Shown: positions 1-7,000 of the stretch, in pieces
Layout of the letters: each line of letters begins with the position of its first letter
How positions within the stretch are numbered: the stretch's first letter is position 1
Assembly (NCBI GenBank): GCA_015063895.1
Contig: SVTG01000005.1
Span: 7,974-71,973 of the forward strand
Reading direction: 5' to 3'
DNA: 64,000 bases
Origin: Oscillospiraceae bacterium
GTDB taxonomy: Bacteria; Bacillota; Clostridia; Oscillospirales; CAG-272
Position numbers and translations under genes: made by a program
Notes under the pieces: model-generated
Told to the model about the DNA's origin: nothing
Database searches by the model: none
The model's input: the letters and a program-made list of their open reading frames with translations, nothing else

Positions 1-176
1 ATCGCGAGACCGACAAGCACAATATGCAGGGCACCACCAGCTCGACGGCGCTTTGCATGATCTTCCACGCACTGCAGGCCGCCGTGATCGAGGAGACCGA
101 TTACCAAAGCGAGCAATTTGCTTTGATCCATCCGGGCGGAGCCGTGGGCGAACGCTTAAATCACAAAAGTCTTTAA
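1..176 (+). CDS. SIS-domain sugar-phosphate isomerase, C-terminal fragment (KpsF/GutQ-like SIS domain, ends without CBS pair)
   Basis: Frame 3 reads ...GTTSSTALCMIFHALQAAVIEETDYQSEQFALIHPGGAVGERLNHKSL*. The TTS.TA and FA..HPGG..G motifs are typical of the C-terminal end of SIS isomerases. The 5' end lies outside the window. Stop TAA at 174-176. Confidence 0.6.
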   Translation, partial: RETDKHNMQGTTSSTALCMIFHALQAAVIEETDYQSEQFALIHPGGAVGERLNHKSL

Positions 177-187
177 GGAGTACCCTT

Positions 188-967
188 ATGACCGATAGCA
201 ATTTGAAAATTGATATCCGAAGAAACAAAATTTTAGAGCTGGTGCGCCAACACAAAAAGGTCTACGTCAGCGAGCTCAGCCGTACGCTCGGCGTAACGCC
301 TGTCACCATCAGGAATGACCTGGCGGCTCTGGAGAGCGACGGGTACGTTGAGCGTATCAACGGCGGCGCCATTCTTTCCGACCACGATCTGCGCTTTCAG
401 ATGGGCAAGCACACCACGATCGAAAATTATAAGGAAAAGCAAGCCATTGCTACCGCCATTGCCGATATGATACATGATGGCGACACCATCTTTATTAATT
501 CCGGTACGACGACCGAGATCGTGGCGGCCGCCCTCAAAAAACGCAAAAATCTGAATATCGTCACCAACTCGATCGCGGTAGCCTCCACCCTTTCCGATGC
601 GGACACCTTCCGCATTATTCTGCTGGGCGGCGAGCTGAATGCCAAATACGGCTTCACCTACGGTGCCGATACGCAAAACAGGTTTGACCACTATCACGCG
701 GATTGGGCCATTCTTTCGATCGACGGCATCTCAACGGTCGGTGGGCTGACCACCTATCACGCGGAGGAGGCCACCATTGACCATATGATGATCTGTGAAT
801 CGGAAAGACTTCTGATCGCCGCAGATCACACCAAGATCGGTCGCACGGGCTTTATGCGCGTTTGTGCGCTCTCTGACGGCATTTGCCTGGTCACCAACGC
901 GACCGCCGATACCAACGCCGAGATCAACGCCCTAAGAGCCATGGGCGTTCAGGTCATTACAGCCTGA
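188..967 (+). CDS. DeoR-family transcriptional regulator
   Basis: Lies within ORF 53-967. ATG 188 is preceded by AAGGAG (174-179). It has an N-terminal wHTH (KKVYVSELSRTLGVTPVTIRNDLAALESDGYVERINGGA) and a C-terminal DeoR sugar-phosphate-binding domain (TIFINSGTTT, IVTNS). Confidence 0.9.
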   Translation: MTDSNLKIDIRRNKILELVRQHKKVYVSELSRTLGVTPVTIRNDLAALESDGYVERINGGAILSDHDLRFQMGKHTTIENYKEKQAIATAIADMIHDGDTIFINSGTTTEIVAAALKKRKNLNIVTNSIAVASTLSDADTFRIILLGGELNAKYGFTYGADTQNRFDHYHADWAILSIDGISTVGGLTTYHAEEATIDHMMICESERLLIAADHTKIGRTGFMRVCALSDGICLVTNATADTNAEINALRAMGVQVITA

Positions 968-1005
968 TCGGCATCAAATTTCAGCATAAAAGAAGGTAAC
1001 AAGCA

Positions 1006-1683
1006 ATGAAGCTTTTAATTGATGACGCCAATATTGCCAGAATCAAGGCAATCTATAAGCACTATCCCATTGACGGTGTGACCACCAACCCCACGATCTT
1101 AAAAAAGTGCGGCGGCAATCCCCACGAGGTGCTTGCCGAGATCCGCGACTTTATCGGCAGAGAGGCCCAGCTGCACGTGCAGGTCGTTTCCACCACTGCC
1201 GAGGAAATGGTCTCCGAGGGCAAAAAGATCCCTTCTACCTTTGGTAAAAACACTTACATTAAAATCCCCTCCACCCCCGAGGGCTTTGCCGCCATGCAGG
1301 TGCTTTCGGCTGACGGATATCTCGTCACCGCCACGGCCATCTATACGCCCATGCAGGCATATCTTGCCGCCAAATCGGGCGCCAACTATGCCGCCCCTTA
1401 CGTCAACCGCATTGACAACCTTGGTGCAGGCGGCGTGGAAACCACCAAAATCATTCAGAATATTTTCAAAAACAATGGCTTCAGCACAGAGATCTTAGCG
1501 GCAAGCTTTAAAAACTCACAGCAGGTACAGGCGCTGTGCGAATACGGCATCGGTGCCGCCACTATCGCCCCCGACGTCATTGAAGGTCTGGTGAGAAACG
1601 CGTGCGTGACAAGCGCAGTTGCCGATTTCACCAAGGATTTTGAAAAGCTTTGCGGCGAGGGCAAGACCACACTTGATTTCTGA
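1006..1683 (+). CDS. Fructose-6-phosphate aldolase / transaldolase-family (TalC/Fsa type) enzyme
   Basis: 225 aa. DGVTTNPTIL, the Schiff-base lysine context YIKIPST, and YAAPYVNRID closely match my recollection of E. coli FSA/TalC. Confidence 0.9.
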   Translation: MKLLIDDANIARIKAIYKHYPIDGVTTNPTILKKCGGNPHEVLAEIRDFIGREAQLHVQVVSTTAEEMVSEGKKIPSTFGKNTYIKIPSTPEGFAAMQVLSADGYLVTATAIYTPMQAYLAAKSGANYAAPYVNRIDNLGAGGVETTKIIQNIFKNNGFSTEILAASFKNSQQVQALCEYGIGAATIAPDVIEGLVRNACVTSAVADFTKDFEKLCGEGKTTLDF

Positions 1684-1690
1684 TCATCAC

Positions 1691-1722
1691 AAAAACGGAG
1701 GCTTTACAAGCCTCCGTTTTTT
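1691..1722. terminator. Bidirectional intrinsic terminator between convergent genes
   Basis: aaaaa-cggaggctt-tac-aagcctccg-tttttt: a 9-bp stem with an A-run upstream and a T-run downstream. Confidence 0.8.
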
Positions 1723-1724
1723 CT

Positions 1725-2621
1725 TTAAAGCATAAAAGGAAACGTAAACAGCGTCTGCCTCAGTCGCTCGTAAAGCGGAGCGCGAGAGGCCTTTGCCCCC
1801 AAATGCAAGGCATCCACCCCCACACGGTAGGCAGGACGGGAAAGCGCCTCAATACACCAATCGGCAGGAGAGCCGAGCGGCGAGGTTATCCCGGGCGTTT
1901 GCTCACGGTTGCCCATCGTGCGCCCTAAAATTCTGCCCGCGGCAAGCGTTTTAGCGGAGAGCTTATCGCGACAGCTGCACACAATACCGCCGCCCACGTG
2001 CCATTCTATCATACCCATCAGATCAGGTGCCAAAAGGCGCAGGAAGCGCCCAAGAGCAGCGCTTTCAGGCTCGCTTTCGGGGTATTCACCGCCAAAGCCG
2101 ACAGGGGCGCCGTTCCATACACCGCGTGCCCGTTCCTCTTCCTTTCCCCGGGCAAATCCCGCCCCAAAATTGCGCGTCAGCGTCACGCCCCTGGCATTGG
2201 CCTGCCAACGCGAAAAATCAGCTGTTCCATTCATTTGCGTCACGCGGTCAAACAGCGGATTTTCGCCATTCACACCCTCCGTTGCGTACGAAATGCCGTC
2301 CGGATTTAAAAACGGCACCACGACAATGCGACGCTCGGCAAACAAATACGGTATACTGATCTCATATACCTTATTTCCCTTTTGCAGCTGTTCGCTGTAA
2401 TCCTTGATAAAATCAAGCAGCAAGGCCGTGCACAACGCCTCCGTGCCAAGCAGCCCCCCAACCAGCACCACACACCTTTTCCCCTCCCCGAGCGTAAAAA
2501 CGGGAATTTCGTTGCCAAGTATAGAGCGCCCGAGGGTGGCGACGCGAACACCGTAATATTCCCTTGCTTCGTTTGCCAGCGCGGTGAGCGCGCCGTAGGT
2601 GCAGGAGCCTTGTTTTGACAT
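1725..2621 (-). CDS. M14-family (gamma-D-glutamyl-meso-DAP peptidase-like) carboxypeptidase homologue, possibly catalytically dead
   Basis: Lies within ORF 1725-2654. ATG 2621 is preceded by GGAGGTG. M14 signatures present: VPFLNPDG, WQANARGV.L.RNF, SEPES. The HxxE position reads LGTE (see findings). Confidence 0.8.
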   Translation of the reverse strand: MSKQGSCTYGALTALANEAREYYGVRVATLGRSILGNEIPVFTLGEGKRCVVLVGGLLGTEALCTALLLDFIKDYSEQLQKGNKVYEISIPYLFAERRIVVVPFLNPDGISYATEGVNGENPLFDRVTQMNGTADFSRWQANARGVTLTRNFGAGFARGKEEERARGVWNGAPVGFGGEYPESEPESAALGRFLRLLAPDLMGMIEWHVGGGIVCSCRDKLSAKTLAAGRILGRTMGNREQTPGITSPLGSPADWCIEALSRPAYRVGVDALHLGAKASRAPLYERLRQTLFTFPFML

Positions 2622-2737
2622 ACACTCACCTCCAATATAGCTTATTTTATGCAAGTTTTCTCCAAATATGTAAAAAGGATTTGCTTTTTTTCTTTTTTTA
2701 TGCTATGATAATACTATATTTCAAACAGGAGGACGTT

Positions 2738-3505
2738 ATGCCTCGTTCTTTTCTAAAAACAAGTGCCCTGCTGATCTATCCCTTAATGGCAATATATGCA
2801 CTGCTGCTGGTGCCCGCTTATGAGATCATCGCCTTTGACGTCACACTGGCCAGCACGCTTTTATTTGATGCCGTTGATATGCTGATGGGCTGGGTTGAGA
2901 TCGCCGCGCTTGCGTTGATGCTGCCGCTTTTGATCACGGCGGTTTACCGTGCAGGCAGCGCCAAGGCCTGCCGCGCATTGTATCTGCTGTTGGGCGGCGC
3001 CTTTATGCTCAAATACGTGGGGGCGATCCTTGCGTTATCTATCGTGCACGGCGCGCTGGACGCCACGCTCAATTACGGCAGCTATCTTTTGTCGCTGGTG
3101 CTTGAGCTCCTGCCCCTTGCCCTTACGGTGCTACTTGTGCATCGCTATACGGTAAATGAAAGCCTGACGCTTGCGGCACGCCGCAAGGCGCTTGAAAAAT
3201 TGGGAATGGCCCTTGAGGCAAAAGAAGAGCCGTTGCCCTTTACAAGGCTTTTTGACCGCCGAAATCCGCTGCAAAAAATGATGCTACTGGCAGTCAGCAT
3301 CATTTTCGCCCTGCGGTTGCTCGCCTATATTATGAGCGAGGTCGCCTATATCATTCTCGGATTTTCGTTTACGCTCTCCGACCTATCCGTCACGCTCCTT
3401 TACGCATTTTTAACGGTGTTGCTTCCCTGCTTTCTGGGGCTGGTGCTCTGCATTGGCGGCAGCAAAGCGGCGGCAAGAGCGTATCCAAGCGTGGATATGG
3501 ATTGA
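2738..3505 (+). CDS. Hypothetical multi-pass membrane protein
   Basis: Lies within ORF 2615-3505. ATG 2738 is preceded by AGGAGG (2727-2732). There are about six hydrophobic segments and no family signature I recognise. Confidence 0.7.
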   Translation: MPRSFLKTSALLIYPLMAIYALLLVPAYEIIAFDVTLASTLLFDAVDMLMGWVEIAALALMLPLLITAVYRAGSAKACRALYLLLGGAFMLKYVGAILALSIVHGALDATLNYGSYLLSLVLELLPLALTVLLVHRYTVNESLTLAARRKALEKLGMALEAKEEPLPFTRLFDRRNPLQKMMLLAVSIIFALRLLAYIMSEVAYIILGFSFTLSDLSVTLLYAFLTVLLPCFLGLVLCIGGSKAAARAYPSVDMD

Positions 3506-3524
3506 TAAATACAGAATAATAGAG

Positions 3525-3560
3525 AAAAGCAAGCACGCAGAAATGCGTGCTTGCTTTTTG
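3525..3560 (+). terminator. Intrinsic terminator of the membrane-protein gene
   Basis: aaaagcaagcacgca-gaaa-tgcgtgcttgctttt: a 12-15-bp stem with a GAAA loop and a T-run. Confidence 0.85.
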
Positions 3561-3647
3561 CTTGGCGCGGTGTAGGTTTTCGTCGGGGGCAATTCTCCTT
3601 ATAGGTTTGATGTACAAGTTGCGATACGGCGCATACACTCTTGTAGG

Positions 3648-3673
3648 GGAGGCGTTTCGCCTCCCGTTTTTTT
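3648..3673 (+). terminator. Second terminator-like hairpin
   Basis: ggaggcg-ttt-cgcctcc followed by cgttttttt. It is embedded in the inverted repeat cttgtagggga (3640-3650) / tcccctacaag (3773-3783). Confidence 0.5.
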
Positions 3674-3770
3674 GCAGGGGCAAGAATTGCGGGAGGGGGA
3701 CCCGTGACCGCCGCGAAGCGGTGTGTCATCGTGCTCGCGCAGCGAGGACAACCTCCCCGACAAAAGACAA

Positions 3771-3845
3771 CGTCCCCTACAAGTTAGCGATACATTGTGC
3801 GTGTGTTTTGAAAAGGAAAAGGCGGCGAGCAGGGCTCGCCGCCTT
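3771..3845 (+). repeat. Direct repeat copy A (partner at 10037-10114), with a 39-nt identical core containing a terminator hairpin
   Basis: cgtcccctacaag...tacattgtgcgtg...tttgaaaaggaaaaggcggcgagcagggctcgccgcctt. The core 3807-3845 is identical to 10076-10114. Confidence 0.95.
3807..3843 (-). terminator. Probable terminator of the giant-protein/small-ORF transcript (works on both strands)
   Basis: 10-bp GC stem ggcggcgagc/gctcgccgcc (3821-3843). On the minus strand it is followed by ttttccttttcaaa. On the plus strand it is followed by ttggtttttt. Confidence 0.7.
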
Positions 3846-3865
3846 GGTTTTTTGTTGGTGGGTGG

Positions 3866-3922
3866 CCGCGCGGGGGCTTGCGCCCGCCGCGCGGTGGAGG
3901 CGTGTGTGCTTGGCACACACGC
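3866..3922 (-). other. Two stacked GC-rich hairpins in the 3' UTR of the small ORF
   Basis: ccgcgcgg...ccgcgcgg (3866-3894, about 12 bp) and gcgtgtgtgc-ttg-gcacacacgc (3900-3922, 10 bp). Neither is followed by a T-run. Confidence 0.6.
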
Positions 3923-3942
3923 TTCACGTGCCACCGTCACTT

Positions 3943-4071
3943 TTAGCCTACGCTGGCGTTACCGCCGAAGCCGGGATCCTCTTCGGTATCCTCGGTGGGC
4001 GAGGTGGTGATGATATCACACGTAGCCACGTAAACGAGCTCGGAGGTGGGAATTTCGTAAATCTTCTTCAT
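3943..4071 (-). CDS. Unannotated 42-aa ORF: MKKIYEIPTSELVYVATCDIITTSPTEDTEEDPGFGGNASVG
   Basis: Too short for the supplied ORF track. AAAGGAGG sits 9 nt upstream of ATG (4069-4071). It begins 19 nt after the giant gene's stop on the same strand. Stop TAA at 3943-3945. Confidence 0.6.
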   Translation of the reverse strand: MKKIYEIPTSELVYVATCDIITTSPTEDTEEDPGFGGNASVG

Positions 4072-4090
4072 TGCTTCATACCTCCTTTAA

Positions 4091-7000
4091 TTATTCTACA
4101 GGTTCAGGGATAACGACCTCAACCTTGCCGTTGGCATATGCATCGACGATAGCCTTTTCGCCTTCGTCAAGTGCTGCGTACGCCTCAGCGTCAGCAACGA
4201 TAGCGTCAGCCATCTGCTCTGCGCTCTTAGCATTCTGCTGTGCGTCGTATGCACTGTAAACAGTGTCAACAAGCGTTTCGCCTTCGTAAACCTCAATGTA
4301 GGAAACAGCTGCGTAAACGCGGGTATTGCTCTTGAGGTTGACGAGGATACCGCTGAAGGATACGTTGCCCTCACCATCGGTGACGAGCGAGTAAACGGCG
4401 GGGATCTTCACGTAGGAGATCACGCCCTGGCCGAATGCAGCCTCGAGTGCTTCGGGAGTAAAGGTCTTGGCCTTTGCCACGTAATCAGCGGGCGCTACGA
4501 GCGTACCGAACTTCAGGGTCTTGCCGCCTGCGGTGAGTGCTGCAACGACGTCTGCGGATACGGTGGAGATGAAGCGGATACCGCTGGTCTCGGCTGCTGC
4601 CGTATCGGCGTAGAGTGCAACTGCATCCGTAACGGATGCGTTCTCGCCGCTTGCCTTGTTGACCGACCAAGCCTTAAATTCAATACCTGCGTAACGAACG
4701 ATGGGTGCGTAAGCATCGATCACGACGTGGCTCTCGGTGGGCTTCGTTGCACCGTTGTTCGCGGGAATGATCACCGTTACGTTCTCAAGCACGGGAGTTA
4801 CGGTATCAAAGATCACGTCATCGGCGCCGGTGACGATGATCAAGGTATTCTTGAAGGTCATATTTGCATTTTCCACCACGGTATAAATCAGCTCATTGGT
4901 TTCGATCACACAGTTTTCAAAGGTGATATCTGCATTTGCGCTGTTCGTATACCAGAAGCCAGTACTCACGCTGGAAGCGCTGAAGGTGGTATTCTTAATG
5001 GTGATCTTAGAACCGGCAGTTGCATAAATAGCACTATAGCTACCGGTACCGGTGGTCACGCTCTTGGTGTCCTTGAAGGTTGCGCCGTCAATGTTCAGAG
5101 TAATGATCTTGTTGCCGCCGAACCAGTTGCAGCCACCGTCAAAGACGCCGCTGTAAACGTTGATGGTAGCGCCAAGCTCAACAACAGCGGATGCGTCGAA
5201 CATAAAGATCTGGGTGTAAGCGCTTGCCTCAACGGTTGCCGTGCCGCCCTTGGTGAACTCGATAAGGTGTGCACCGGGACGGGCGATCTGGAACATATAC
5301 CTATCGTTTGTGCCTACGTTGGCATCAGCCACACCGTGGAAGGTACCGCCCGAAATGTAGGCCTTAAAGCCCTTTTCGGTGTGTGCCTCAGAATCTGCCG
5401 TGTAGGTGCCGTCCTTCGTATAGATAGCGTAAATTCTTACGATACCTGCAGCACTGAATTCGCCGGCGCTGATACGCAGCTCACCGGAGGCGGCGTTCGT
5501 TACACTACCGGGGGAACCAATGTAGAAGATGCCGCCCACGTAGTAGCTTGAGCCACCGCCCTGTGCGGGAGCCAGGATGGTGTAGCTACCGCCGCTGATA
5601 TTAGCGGTAATGCCCTCGCCCTCAAATCTGAACATAGAGCCGCCATCATGCTGTAAGAACGTGCCATCGGTTACGTTAAGCGTACCGCCGCCAACAAAGG
5701 CAATGCCTGTATTCCATGCACCGGTATTGGTCTTGGTGTAGGAGCCGCCGTTCACAGTCAGCGTACCGGAGTTCAGCGTAAGGATCTTACTTGCATCTTC
5801 GGTCACAAACGTACCGCACTCAATGGTAACGTTACCGCCGTTGACGGTAAGGAACCCGCCCGTATAGGTCAGCTCAGGCCAGTTCAGTGTAAGGGTAGCA
5901 CCCGTGTTCACGGTAAAGGGTACGACGGTTTCAAGCGCCATAGTAAGGTTTACGTTGGGCTTGATGTAGGTATTTGCTGCATATGCACGCAGGAGAGCTG
6001 CGTTTGCAGCGGCAATGGCGCTTGCCAGGTCGGTGACGGTAAAGTTATCGCCGTTTTCGAGCACGGCCGCATCAGCGGAGCCCTGCAGCACGAACTGGGT
6101 ATTGGCCCAGATCGCCGCGTCTGCGGGAAGGGCTGCGCCCTCACCGATGTAAACGGTAGAGTCGGTCATTGCAAAGACAGCGGATGCGCCAAGGGTAGTC
6201 AGCGTTGCGCCGTTTGCAAGCTTGACGGTCGCGCCGCTCACGGTGATCACGTGTGCAACGTCATCGGTTTCGATCCAAGGCTTTGCGCAAGAAAGCTCAA
6301 AGATTGCGTTGGTGATATTCACCGTATTTACTACAGCGCTGAAATACATTCCAGAGCCGGACATCACGCCCTTGGTATCCTTAAAGGTGGCGTTTGCAAT
6401 ATTCCAGGTGGCAACCTTACCGCTGTTGATCCAGCGCATGGAGCCGTCAAAGGTGCCGCTCAGGATATTGAAGGTACAGCCGTTTGCGGAGGCGTTGGCA
6501 TTGAAGAAGTAGCCGTAGGCACCTGCGCTGAGGGTTGCGGTGCCGCCCTCTACAAAGTTGATCTCGTGCTTACCGATACGCGCGATCTGGAACATATAAC
6601 GGTTGTTGCTGTTGATGCCTTTGAGCGCATTACCGACGAAGGTACCGCCGTAGATATTGGCCACGAACTTCTCGGTTTCGTGAGGAAGCGTAGCATCGTT
6701 GGCATCCACTGCGGTGGAGTAGTTGCGAACAAAGCCGGTGGCGGTAAAGCTGCCGTTGTAGATATTGAGCGTGCCCACGTGGCCTACACCCGCATCGGCA
6801 CCCACAAAGAAGATGCCGCCGGAGTAATAGGAGGCGTTGCCGCCCTGCTCGGGATTGGGAATGTTAAAGATACCGCCGTTTACCACGGTCGTACTGGTGC
6901 CAAGCGCGCGGTTTTCATCATAGTAAACGATGGAGCCACCGCTACGCGCCTCAAAGGTACCGCCGTTGATCGTGAGTGTACCCGTATACACGGTAATGAT

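Noticed and set aside
53-187. N-terminal extensions offered by the ORF track, for example at 53-187, 15951-16280, 56975-57109, 30860-30958, 33648-33800, 47133-47384 and 49066-49179.
   Set aside because: In each case an internal ATG or GTG with a good Shine-Dalgarno sequence gives the canonical family N-terminus. The extension overlaps an upstream gene, promoter or repeat element.
3547-4113. ORFs 3547-4113 (+), 3599-3940 (-) and 3723-4010 (+) in the hairpin-rich tract.
   Set aside because: Their translations (…GRGLAPAARWRR…, …PLQVSD…) are typical read-through of GC palindromes. None has an RBS, and they mutually overlap on both strands. The only ORF here with translation signals is the 42-codon one at 3943-4071.
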